Of a stretch of DNA of 64,000 bases, positions 11,840-23,763 are shown piece after piece. The stretch is from Ophelia neglecta (lineage: Eukaryota). The DNA lies in contig OZ260666.1 in NCBI GenBank assembly GCA_965285935.1, forward strand, positions 49,600,001 through 49,664,000, written 5' to 3'. Below the pieces are notes generated by a model, which was not told the origin of the DNA, did no database searches, and worked only from the letters and a program-made list of their open reading frames with translations. Each line of letters starts with the position of its first letter. The stretch's first letter is position 1. Position numbers and translations under genes: made by a program.

Positions 11840-14800
11840 AAGTTGAACATGACTAGTACCTTTCGTGGCACATAAATAACACTCCGATTCAGAAACAATT
11901 CCTTCGGCCATTTGTAGACTACAACACGGCACATAAACCATTAGAATGTCTATCCGAACAAAACTCCATCAACAATTGATTGTGTTATCCCGGCTGAACA
12001 TATAAGAAACGAATAAATGAATATAAACAGTCTCAGACCGGGGATGTATAATGAATACAAATGTGCTTTTAACTTTTTATGTTCCTCTATATTACACAAA
12101 TATTATGGTGAGGGGAATAGATCTTTGGGACTAAGATATTATTCAGCCAATGACCTAGTCAAAAAGTGCATGCTAAACCGTTCTATGTCTACCCCCCCCC
12201 CCCCCTCCCACCCCAAAAGTTGTCCAATACAAACTTATCTGGAGCAATGGTTTTGACTACAAGTCTTAATTGTTACTTCACCGACCTGAACACATGTTTT
12301 CCTCCAGGGATTTTCCCCTCCACTTTGGCCTTTTCCGCATCCTGGTATTTGTCGCGTTAACAATGAAATTAGTTCAAACTTCCCTTCTGAGCTTTTTTTA
12401 ATTTATTTTTTTTAGCAAATTAAACATCTGGTTGTTTTTTGCAAATAGTAGGATGAAATAGACAATTCTCCCACAGTTCCGTATTGTTATGCAATATGTT
12501 TCCAGTCCCATCTGTGCCATTTCCTGATACACTACGACGAGGAGATCAATGCCAGAAGAAAAGCCCTCTTCACCGGGAGTTAATGGATTACAAGGAAATG
12601 ACTACGCTTCAACAGCCGGGAAGTTAATTTGCAAGAAGAAAACGGTAGCCATTAGCTCATTGTAGATGCAGTTTTTTCATTTGCTGAATTTTAAAATGCC
12701 TTCCAGGGGACGGCCTGCGGGCATAAATAAGTCCTGAATAGACAAGAAATGTCCTTCAAAGGACAAAACAAAGTGTTTTCAATTCAAATGTCAGATCCAA
12801 CCTTTTTTAGCATTCTCCACAGCGACTCATCAATAGAATGTGAATCAAATAGCTAGGAGGCTTTCTCTTAAAATCATGAAGCTGGCCTAAAACAATAAAT
12901 ATGTATAAAAAAAACAATGACTGGTGAAAGAAATTAATAGTTACATATATTCTTTTATTTTGCTGAGCCACATGTTGACAAAAAGCTCGGGGACAAAAGC
13001 GAGCCTAGAAACTTCCGTTTTTCCAAATGATGAAATTACTTATTTACGCCGAAGGCAAATATGTACATGGCAAATAGTTAACATGGGCAGTGATTGTAAT
13101 CTTAGATAAGGTAATTCCCTAACAAATGCGCGAATTCGGCCAAAATTTGGCAGTTGCGTATCCAGTTTCATTTGGCCAATGACTGGTTATCATGGAAGCC
13201 TTTCCAGTTGTTTAGCAATGAATTTTATGCAGTAAATCATGTCATATAATTCACAAGTAGAATTATAAAAGCTTAAAGGTAAATATCAACTGCTCTAAAT
13301 TGTACCTATTTCAAGAAAGCATGGTGGACTACCCCTTAAGGAAAGCATTCACTTGTTCGTAGTCCTATGTTTGTGTTGGCACTAGAACTAATTATCTAAG
13401 GTGCTATAAAATACAATGACAGATAAACTAGCTTCAGGCTGCTGAGTCTTCTCAAATTAGTGCGTCTCGTCTGTGACCCTCAGGAAACGAAACTGGTGCG
13501 AGTTATGGGCACCTGTTAATTGCAGGTGGCAGGAGTCCAGATTATGATGGCGTCCCAGGTGGCCGGTTTCTCATACAGACTATTTAATAGTTTTAATGTT
13601 AATTTATAATTTATTAATAATGTATGGTCAAAAACTTTGTCTTTTGATCATGGAGAAGATGTGAAACAGACGAAAACGGCAATTTTACAAGGTCCAAAAC
13701 ATATCAAAAGAAGTGCAATTATCTCGCGAGCGTTGGCATTGACCACACCCTGTTTAACATAATCAATAGCTGGATTAGTTTTAATAAATTTACATAAGCA
13801 TATATTATATCCGGCTGCTCTAAACCATATGCGACATTGTGGGTCTTTTTTTTGGATAATTTTAAGATGCCTACTGTACAGTCTGTCAAAGCGATGCTCT
13901 TTCTTGTACATACCAAGTAAGGTGTCCACTATCAATTTAATTACAGAACTATAATCATATTACATAGAGAATAGAGAAATATCGAGGTAAACGACTTGGT
14001 TTACCCAACCACATATGTAATGTACGAATTTTAGTGCGGTATGCCGGCAGCGAGAATATTACATATGCAACTCGCATAAAAGATAAACGACACGTTAGGT
14101 GCCTTCTTCGGAATCTGATACTTCGTGAGTTAATGTGTATAGATCCTTCTTGGATTGGCCATTAGTCGGTTAATCATCAAACACACCGAGCAAGACCTCT
14201 TATACTCAATGAACATAAGCCTATATCTTTTACATCATTTAGTGGGGAAAATAATGTCGAGAAAATTGCTTAATTCTGTTTTGAGATGAAAACAAGCGAT
14301 TCATGTCATGTGAATATGTAATCACACACAATATGCTCCCTTTTTCTCCCTCTATTCGACAAAAATGACTTTGAGTATTATCTTTTGCACGCAGAGTGCG
14401 CTATGGAGAGTTCCTTTGTTTTGTGCTCTGCAGCTGTCAATTTGAATCTCGGGAGTTTATGAAGCTCTGAGTTGTCGCTTCAACGTTTGACAGCAGCTCT
14501 TCAGTTGTTTTACGAAAATCAACGGTGCGTTGATAGATGTGGCTTGAAAGCCTAAACAACTTATCCAACTGTAAGTGTTGGCTCGTTGGCACTACATGTT
14601 AGTTATGGCAGTGGCATGGTAGTGCTATACCGAGCTTTAGAAAAATTAATAATACTTCTTTATTTCTTTTTCTGAAATGACACATTTCATTACAGGTGAT
14701 TCCGATCCACTTTCGCCATACCAAGCCAAACGTACCTAAAAAGTACTGGTGGTTTTAGGCTAATGATGAAATGTTACGTGTCTAGCGAACAATAAGTCGT

Positions 14801-15374
14801 ATTATTGACACAAACACGAGAATTGCTGAGGTTGTGCAGAATGGTGGTGCGTTAGGTTATTGTGTGTTTGGACATGATTATATCGCTATCTAGCCAGCAA
14901 GGCAGTATCTAGGCTTTCTTCGTTCTTATCTTACAGAAAATGCCACTCTTGGGCTTTTGCAGCTTGAGCGAAGCCATAAAAACAAGCAAAAAGTGATTTC
15001 AAAAATAAATGTGTGGGTATAGTCCTAATATAATGAGTATATAATAAAATATAGATATATAATGTATGATATAAAAACCATAACAAAATCGTGATAACAC
15101 AGACATAATAGAAACAGTGGCTATATTGAGGGAACGGACGAGTCATTTCTTCAAGTCACGTTTGTGGCAGACGAATCAATACTTGTCTCACAGTGAAAGA
15201 TACGTGCTTAATTGATAATGAAGCGTGTTAAATGGAATAAGTATCAAGAAATCCTATAAACTGTATAGTCGAATCTGTCCTTGTGAGCACATTTGAATTC
15301 AGTAAAAGAATCTTTGTGTTGAACTCGTGTTCAGTCCTGCCAAATTTACATGTGACATTATTGTTCTAGTAATA

Positions 15375-15499
15375 TGGGTAAATAAGCCTATGGCTTCACC
15401 CAGTTGTCATCCTTAAAATGTTTATGTTGCCTGTTATAATCTGTTATATATATTATTCGATGACAATAAACTATTATTGAATTGAATTGAATTGAATTG
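15375..15499 (+). mobile_element. Isolated 3' tail of an L2/Crack/Daphne-type LINE (or LINE-tailed SINE)
   Basis: Hairpin TGGGT..AAGCC-TAT-GGCTT..ACCCA, long-range pair TTGTCATC/GATGACAA, AATAAA at 15465-70 and an (ATTGA)n tail. The architecture is the same as the 3' UTR of the LINE at 53957-55348. Confidence 0.65.
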
Positions 15500-15670
15500 T
15501 GACATTGGATTAAAGAAAGGGCATCTATAAATAAAGGGGATCTTTGAATTTAGAATTAAGGATTCTGTTTAATGTCTTAAACCACCAATCTGTAAAGTAC
15601 ACCCTTCACACAGAAAATTGAGGCGTCAAGTTCCAATACGTATACAAGAAAAAACGATGCTTCATAGTAT

Positions 15671-16933
15671 TTATATATTAATGATCTCAATTATGAGCTG
15701 AAAAGAAATTCCCACCTGACGGGAGTAACTGGGTATTATATGCGACTGTTTCTGTTACTGTATGCCGATGACGCTTGTCTACTAGCTGAGAGCAAGACTG
15801 GGCTACAACATGCTTTTCACATACTTAGCAGTTATTGTAACGACTGGGGTATCACGCTTAACGTTTCGAAGACTAAGTATATGGTTTTCACCAAGAGGAG
15901 AATAACCCAGGCTGGAAATATAGCGTATAGAGGAGAAGTCATTGAACGGGTAGACACCTTTAAATATCTCGGTGTTATCTTTCAAACAAATGGTTGTTTC
16001 AAGACAGAAATAGAAACAATCGCGAAACAAATGGTGAAAAATATATGTCAAATGGAGAGATATAGTTATCGTTTCAACTTTACAATTTTGGATAAAATCA
16101 AATTGTTCAATATTTTTGTCAGGCCCCTGGCTCTTTACTGTTGTGAAACTTGGGGGCTAGAATGTACACGTCCACTGGAAAAGGTTCATCTCAAATACTT
16201 GCGCGGAGTAGGTAATTTGAAGCAGGGTACGCCAAACTGTATGGTATACCTTGAGTTAGGAGTTTTACCCCTTAAATATGAAATAATTATAGCATTGTTA
16301 AAATTTTGGTATAAGCTGGCTGTTTGCAAAAGCGATAAGCTGTGTGACTCGTTCTATAGAAATATGTGTGTGGAGCCAACTCAAACAGATTGGCTTCAAG
16401 GTGTATACAAACTCTTGCGCATGTTAGACATGTCAGAATTTATTGATTGTAATTTAGTGCTTACCGAAAAACAGTTTCTCTCTGTAGCGAGAATGAAAAT
16501 AGAAGAGCATAACCGCATAACACAAATGTCAGCCGTAAATACGCAAAGTAAATGTAGATTGTATAAACACATTGTGCCCTCTATTGGTCCTGCTCCATAT
16601 CTGCAAGCGAAAGGTGTCAATTGTCAAAACCAAACTAGGTTAATCAGGTTCCGAACTAGAAACCATTATTTGTGTGTGGAAACGCAAAGCTGGAACAGAG
16701 TTGAATACCATGATAGGCTTTGTACTGTATGCGGTGTTTTGGGTGATGAGTTTCATTGTCTGTTTGAATGTAGAATACTGTCTGTCTATAGAAAGAAATT
16801 TATTGAAAAATATTTTTACAACCGGCCGAGCATGGAAAAAATGATTAAATTGTTAAATAGTGGAGATACGTTGACACTGAACAGGTTGGCTAATTTCCTA
16901 AGAAAGACGGCAAATATACGTGCTGATGGTTGA
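15671..16933 (+). CDS. LINE ORF2 C-terminal half: reverse transcriptase motifs plus C-terminal CCHC-type zinc knuckle (5'-truncated, not a host gene)
   Basis: Uninterrupted frame containing LYINDL...LLYADD...LNVSKTKYMVF...FKYLGV...LYCCETWG and RLCTVCGVLGDEFHCLFEC. ORF track entry 15740-16933 (397 aa), extendable in frame to 15671. Confidence 0.9.
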   Translation, partial: LYINDLNYELKRNSHLTGVTGYYMRLFLLLYADDACLLAESKTGLQHAFHILSSYCNDWGITLNVSKTKYMVFTKRRITQAGNIAYRGEVIERVDTFKYLGVIFQTNGCFKTEIETIAKQMVKNICQMERYSYRFNFTILDKIKLFNIFVRPLALYCCETWGLECTRPLEKVHLKYLRGVGNLKQGTPNCMVYLELGVLPLKYEIIIALLKFWYKLAVCKSDKLCDSFYRNMCVEPTQTDWLQGVYKLLRMLDMSEFIDCNLVLTEKQFLSVARMKIEEHNRITQMSAVNTQSKCRLYKHIVPSIGPAPYLQAKGVNCQNQTRLIRFRTRNHYLCVETQSWNRVEYHDRLCTVCGVLGDEFHCLFECRILSVYRKKFIEKYFYNRPSMEKMIKLLNSGDTLTLNRLANFLRKTANIRADG

Positions 16934-17096
16934 GGGGTGTGCACTGTTATCCACAGAGACACGGGTATTCTTTGTGTGTATATTTTATTTTACATTTATT
17001 ATTTCTATTTAAATTTGATTTACTTCGATGTACATATATGCCATGACACTTACACCCTAGATAAGGGGTAGTGAATAAAACTCTATCTATCTATAT
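15671..17096 (+). mobile_element. 5'-truncated non-LTR retrotransposon (RTEX-like by C-terminus and microsatellite tail; clade uncertain)
   Basis: RT homology starts abruptly at LYINDL (15671). The 3' UTR has a hairpin at 17047-73, AATAAA at 17074-79 and a (CTAT)n tail. Confidence 0.9.
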
Positions 17097-17426
17097 AAGA
17101 ATTTTTACTATGATGGAGATATGTAACAGTGCGTTTCAAAACCTTCCTTTGCTTCGATTTCTTCCAAAACATCTAGCAAGTGAAAAACTGTGTATTGTAA
17201 TTTATAGAAATAAAATTTAGTTCGATTTTGTGCAAGTTCTCTTTTGACAGGTTGTTTCACAGGTTCTGTGCTTGAAAAAATAATGCACAACCTTCCGTTT
17301 TCAGATCTATTCAAACAGGTAAATGGAATCATTAATCGGAACAGCTAAGGACCTGTTGTCTTTAAATAAAGGTAAAATACTTCCAATATAACAGATGTAT
17401 GTCATACCCTTGTCAGCTCTAACTAT

Positions 17427-17494
17427 TTTATAAACCGACCAGACGGCATTTGACGTCATCGTGCTGAATACATCGAAAATGTCACTTGACGTCA
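17427..17494 (-). promoter_or_regulatory. Two perfect CRE palindromes plus a TATA-like box
   Basis: TGACGTCA at 17451-58 and 17487-94, inside a duplicated TTGACGTCATnGnGCTGAA unit. TTTATAAA at 17427-34 lies downstream of them on the minus strand. Confidence 0.3.
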
Positions 17495-18879
17495 TTGAGC
17501 TGAACATTTTTTACTAAGGAGACGTTTATTGAGGTGACTAGAGTATTCTTTTTTGTGTTTTAACGCTTGATAGTTAGACCGAATTGACTGATAGATGAAA
17601 ATTATTTGCGAAGAAACAGTGCAAAAGGTGGCATTTACTGAAAGGGACATGGCTAATACTGTGGACATTGTTATTCTTTGATTTCATCGATTTCTTTGCC
17701 AATATATTGGAGTCATTATTTTGCGTTTGACATGTGATTTTTATTGAATACTAGCAAGGAGACGCTATGTGTGCCTCTCTATACGAACAGCCGGACTGAT
17801 CCTATATAGAGATGTCCTGTACATGTTGTTATTATTAATAAACGACACATCTTAAAACATGATATACCAAGTGGGAACAACTCAGAAGTAAACTTTCTTT
17901 GAAAAATAACCTAAGTTCCGATGGAGAAAGGATACGTAAATTTCACTTCTGAATGTTCCACGACTTGTGAGTACGTTTGGAAAATGTGCAACTGAAGTAT
18001 TTAATCAGTTTGTACATATCTGTACCCAAAGCTTCCATTAAGTCGAAAAGAGAGATGTTAAACAACATCATCCCTCCTTTGGCCAATGCAAGACGCATAT
18101 TCAATTTGGAGTTTTCTTCCAACAGATAAAATCTTTCCTGTTACTATATTTGGGTAATACCCTTGTCTCCAAAGATGACACGTACTTAACCTGTGTTAAA
18201 TGGTCTCAGTACACCACATTTCAACTGGATCAAATGGGCATTTTTTCATTTATAAATTCCTATTCAGGCCTGAATCCTTACCCTACTGACGGGTGCTGTA
18301 CTTAAGGAGGAAATAATATGCACTTCACAAGGTGAGTTGGCGTCACAATCACATTGAGAATATCTAATCAAATGGGAACTGGTATGGTTTTAGGGATTCT
18401 GGAACGGCTTTTTGTAAATATATCAATATTAAAAATACCGTAGTATGGTGCTGACTACACTGATGGCATGAGCGAAAAAGAATAATTGTAAACGGCTGGT
18501 GTGCCTGCGGGCTTTCTGTGACTAGAATAGGGTCAAAGCTGGATAGCAGAAGATGGGGCAATTACATTAACAAGGGAATAAGCCCTTCAGGTCTTAGCCA
18601 AGAAGTCCATTTATTCTGTAATAAGTGGCAGACACCAAGCTTATGTACAGAAATGTACCACTAAAAACTGATGAATGATGTCAAACATGCAATATGCGAT
18701 GCAAATGAACGAATCTGCATTGGAACGCTCGCGAAAATTTACATCTAAAAAAAAGGTAATATCATAGATATAGAGAATACATATCTATGGTAATAAATAT
18801 ATAGTAAATGGTGTATGTAGGATTGAGCGAGGAATGACATATCGCCAGACATTGTTTAATATACGTCGTATATATAATA

Positions 18880-19057
18880 CAGTGAAACCTAGTCTAAAGG
18901 GCACCTCGAAATTAGGGGCACCTAATAATTAGGGACAGCTACATTAGCACCCAACATATCATTTTATATGTAAAAGAACCTTGAAATTAGGGGCACCTTA
19001 GAAAACAGGGCACTTTAAGACAGTCCCATGCCTGTTCCTAATTTCTCGGTTTCACTG
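18880..19057. mobile_element. pogo/Tigger-like (Tc1/mariner) MITE, 178 bp
   Basis: TA|CAGTGAAACC...GGTTTCACTG|TA: perfect 10-bp TIR with TA TSD. Internal repeats of (AATT)AGGG(G)CAC. Confidence 0.85.
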
Positions 19058-19654
19058 TATGATTCAAAGGGGTGGGTATTAACAAATCATGTCAAATCAT
19101 CCAATTATACTGGACGAAAAAAGATGCTTGCAAGGATATTTTGCAAATCTGACGTATGCCCGTTCTTTATTAACCTGATTATAAGCGGCCTTCCTAGGGC
19201 TATTGCACTGATGGATAGACCTAGTAGAAACTCCTTGTCTCTGTGTTGTTAAATTAAGAAGATAAAGAGAAAGAAAATGTGCCTAAGGCTATATCTAGCG
19301 TGTCTACCTTAAGGTTTGCATTTCCAAAGAAGTAAATGTACAGCGCGGGTTGTGGGGTCCAAAGAAATATAGCGTATAAAGGTGTGGGGTATTTGGGGGG
19401 GGAGGATTACTGACAAAGAGGCTGGTCGCGTTACTAACAAGGTGGGTCGAAATAGATAACTGCTTAAGCTGGTTGCAGTTTATTTGGCTACTTTAGACTT
19501 ATTCTGGATTTTAACCACTTCAGTCTGTGTAGGCCTACTACTCCCGCGTCCAGTGACAGGCGGCCAGGCTATCGCTGGCGCCCGGCAACAAACGCTGCCT
19601 GTTTTAATACATTTAACTTTTTGTATCTTGGTTCTTGTATTGCGAATAATGGAA

Positions 19655-19780
19655 CTATTACTTCTACTACTGCTGCGGCTGCCGCCGCCACCACCTCCAC
19701 TACTAAACTAATATGAATACTCTTACTACAACTACTTTTACTACTACTTTTTATACTACTACTCCTTTTGCACTACCACC
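19655..19780. repeat. Degenerate trinucleotide repeat (CTA/CTG/CCG/CCA)
   Basis: ctattacttctactactgctgcggctgccgccgccaccacctccactacta...; this explains the poly-L/poly-P end of ORF 19484-19711. Confidence 0.75.
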
Positions 19781-22038
19781 TCTTTTGTATAACCAAATTA
19801 ATGACCCTCTGTCGAAACCGCTGAAAGGATGCAGATTGATAAATGCGTCTATTTACAACTGTGAGTAACATTTCTTAAGATCGTACAAGTGAAAAGTTTT
19901 GATCTTCCCAGTCCTCCCAGGCTTGCATCAGGACTAAGACATTATCCTGAACACCTTAACAGGCGAGTACTGCAGTGCAGTGTTTCTTTTAGTTTCTTTT
20001 ATCATATAGGGACAAATGCATCTGCCATGTGATGTGAAGAAAATGACATTTATAACCTCGTATAAAGTGTCAGTGTCAATATGCTTCGTCTCCAGGTTAA
20101 TATAACGGGGAGTTAAAACCGAAAAAAGTCAATTCATTATCCAGATCCGGGGATCCAGTTATTTCCTGGTTTTTTCTCCCGAAAATAATTACTCAATGCA
20201 GCTAGTCTAAAACAACTGAATCCAAACTTCCTCAATATTACACTTCAAGAATATCCCAATTCTGAGCACAGTACCCCCCCCCCCTCTCCCGCCCCCGTAA
20301 AATTGAATTCATATATAGATTTAGCATGCTATTAGGTATATGAGTAGCCATAGGCCGACAGACATAATGTGGGTGTGTTGTCGTTGAAGCTAAAAGTCCC
20401 GAATAGTATAACGGCTCCAGAATGCTTGTCTTAACGTACACATGCCTCTTTGGCATACATGATGCTGGCAGTAAGGATGCTTTGCACTGTGTCGCGAACA
20501 GGTCCTTTGAAACTAATAACGTATGGTAAAAATAAACCGAGTGAGAATCGTCAACGCTCAACGAGTCCCAAGCGTTCACACTGGATCATGGTGCCTTCCG
20601 TTCACAATGCAATTTGAGGCAAATCTTCAATCATTGGCAATCCGTCTTTCTTTGCTTCCACTGGAACACATTGTCAAGGCAGATAATTATATAACCCTTC
20701 AGCTGTTCGTGAACAGTAATTTTCTTCTTGGTTAAATTGTGACGCCTTGTTTTGAGGAAGCAAGGCTAATTTTTAGACCCACTCAGGTACCCATAACGCC
20801 TGACATGTTTACATTGAACATAGATTTGAGGGACGCTGTCCCGAACCATTGGATTTTCACCAACCCTACCATTAGGCCCCTCAACACAATGCCTTGAAAT
20901 TAACATAATCTGATTATTTTGGTTCACCGGTTAACCCCGGGCATTGATTTTTAATTCTTTAAACCCTCATTGTATCCCGGCTGCGCTTTTATCTCTGTGA
21001 AAACTGCCAACTATTGCGAATAATTGTGGACCTCAACCCGCACTCCAGATAAGAGTTATACATGACACTCTCCAATCTCGGACAAAATTAATTCCGCCTT
21101 GGCCTAATCCAGATACAGGCACAATGACTAAATGACAGTCAGGCAGAAAGACTGGCAAGATTTAGTCCATCATAGGGAAACTTACTGTGACTGATCGGTA
21201 AAATATGCCGGCATTGTTGGTTTAAATCTCGCCCAATCGTTATCTTGTGCCATGTCTCAGCGTGGGGCGAACCGATCCATAGAGCAAAACAACATAGTTT
21301 GCCCATCCAGGTAATCCTGACTAGTCCACGGATAGCGCTCTCACAGTATCAGTGTAGTGACCACCGCATAATCGTCTGCCTTCCGGATCTATTTCTAACT
21401 GGATCTGACCCCAGTGGCAGTATGAAGATAAGGGGTCATGAACCTGCATGAACTCACCACTAGGCAATCTCAACCTGAATACTTGCAGTGCATACATTAT
21501 CGATTAGTCCATGCGACGTGGTTTTTTCTATCATTGTTGTCAAATTCATCGTAAATTAAATGGAAATCAACCGCGCAAGGAACTAACTTGACTAAGTTAC
21601 AATGCGATTATTCTGCAAAATATCAAGAATATTCAGATTAGATTCAACTCGAATCATTTGCCTGGTGAAAACGGGATGGCGGTAAGATATTAGACGGATA
21701 TTTATTAATATAAGTTGTTTTTTTTGTTGTTTTTTTATGCGGCTTGTGAATAAAGTATATTAGAGCCGCATAAGAGTAAATTGAATTAAAGGGAAGAAGT
21801 AACACAAGGCATTTGTAAGCAGAACCAGAACTTAATGTGTGGGTTGAATATTGAGTGACAATATATTTCAAGACGCCCACATTCAACCTCCGAATTGAAA
21901 GCAATGGAAACGCTTATCTTTTTCTCTTTACGGAAACTTTTTTAACATTTGTTTATTCCTAGGAGTTATTTTAAAAACGTGTTGCATCCCCAGGATATTT
22001 GAACAACTATTTTGGTAAGAAATATAGGCACAAAGAAG

Positions 22039-22154
22039 CTTTTCATTCGTTCCTTTTCTTTGATAGATTTAAGTGTTCTCACACGTTCTCCCACTTCACA
22101 AACTAACTTTTCATTCGTTCCTTTTCTTTGATAGATTTAAGTGTTCTCACACGT
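22039..22154. repeat. Exact 48-bp direct duplication with a 20-bp spacer
   Basis: CTTTTCATTCGTTCCTTTTCTTTGATAGATTTAAGTGTTCTCACACGT at 22039-22086 and 22107-22154. Confidence 0.9.
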
Positions 22155-23149
22155 ATACAGCCTAGCTTTTTCCTTCTCCAGTCAAATAGAAAACACTGCG
22201 AAAGCTGGCACTATGTATTATCCCCAGGCCGTTGGGGGCACGATGAAAAGTTACTTGGCAATAAGATATGGTGTTGTTTACCAAAACATGAGTGGGTGCC
22301 GGAACACCAGAAACCATTAACTGCAGGCCCAGACGACATCCAGCACCGGGCCATTACTGTTAATGCGTCTGAAACAAAATATGAATGAAAGTAATGGCTC
22401 TACTTAGGATGGAGATGATATATGCCCTAGAGTATACGATGTCCTACACTCTTTATAATGTGACTTTTCAGAGGAAAATTCAGTATATATATATATATGC
22501 CCCTAATGAAAAGTGTAAAATGCCCTAGGGGTCTGCAGGTAAAGCCTGCTTTATGCATCATCATTAAAACCGAAATGTACGGTTTTGTAAAATGAAGGTT
22601 ATGAAATGTTCCTTCATCTACCGCTGGCGTTTTTATCCCCAAAATTATTGAAGTGTTGGGTGAAATAGCGATAGCTGATCAAATTCACTGATAAATATTC
22701 CGTCAATTTAGCTAAGCATTAAATATTCCTTGAGGATCCTATGACTGGTTCCGCCAGGCTTAAGGAGAGTCAAGCTACAATCGATAGCTTTCTTTTTGAC
22801 TGTTCATATGTAGGTTCTAGTCATCACCGATTAAACACCTACTCATTAAATATTGCAATTGCTTTTGTTTGTTTATTCCAGTTATCCTAGGACCGCGTTT
22901 CATGTGCTTTCCGTCCATCGTCTGTTGCAGGCGCACGCATTTACTACTTATAAAAAGCCTGATTGGTTCACTTAACATTAAAAATTTCACAGCTAAAATT
23001 GTAGTGCCTTACCTTGGGAATATAGTATGTATACTTTTATTCCCTCCATGTTTAATCAAACCAAATGTCCTCGGGCTATTTTTATAGCCACTATAATAGC
23101 ATTTTATATAACTCTTGGCAACTATATAATTATATTTACTGGCGTCTAA

Positions 23150-23297
23150 TGTGAAAATGAATATAAATAAATATAAAAAATAAATGTGAAAATAAATATG
23201 AAAATAAATATGAAAATAAATATGAAAATAAATATGAAAATAAATATGAAAAATATAAATAAATATGAAAATAAATATGAAAATACATATGACAATA
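23150..23297. repeat. 12-bp AT-rich minisatellite (ATGAAAATAAAT)n
   Basis: About a dozen tandem copies with degenerate ends are directly visible. Confidence 0.9.
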
Positions 23298-23577
23298 TAA
23301 TTAAATACTTGAAACTGATTTAGTTAACAGATTTAGTTTATTCCATGCGATCGACTTGCATAATTCACAGTTCCAAATGTGCATTCTTACTCTATGCCAG
23401 GCAATAATGCATTCCCTGACAAATATGTACCGGTCGTAGCTGAGGTGATTCTGGGTACGATAATCACCGGTTTGCTGACGGGGAATGTTAATTGTCAGAC
23501 CTAACGCGTGCAGCACAAACTCTCCATCAGCACACATAACGAGGTAACGTTCGATGTCCACTGGCCACACGTGGGTT

Positions 23578-23763
23578 NNNNNNNNNNNNNNNNNNNNNNN
23601 NNNNNNNNNNNNNNNNNNNNNNNNNNNNNNNNNNNNNNNNNNNNNNNNNNNNNNNNNNNNNNNNNNNNNNNNNNNNNNNNNNNNNNNNNNNNNNNNNNNN
23701 NNNNNNNNNNNNNNNNNNNNNNNNNNNNNNNNNNNNNNNNNNNNNNNNNNNNNNNNNNNNNNN
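23578..23763. other. Assembly gap (186 N)
   Basis: Run of N characters. ORFs spanning it are artefacts. Confidence 1.

Noticed and set aside
13322-13340. Kolobok-like terminus (GGTGGACTACCCC|TTAA); similar single ends at ~29163 and ~40392
   Set aside because: I could not find matching opposite TIRs, so no element can be delimited.
15740-16933. Longest ORF (397 aa) as a host gene or retron/group II intron RT
   Set aside because: The motifs, C-terminal zinc knuckle, 5' truncation and 3' tail identify it as a non-LTR retrotransposon fragment.
19484-19711. Hydrophobic poly-Leu/poly-Pro ORF resembling a membrane protein
   Set aside because: It is the translation of a trinucleotide repeat and has no ATG start or splice support.
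22039-22154. Repeat-spacer-repeat resembling a CRISPR unit
   Set aside because: Only two repeats, the spacer is shorter than the repeat, there are no cas genes and the context is eukaryotic.
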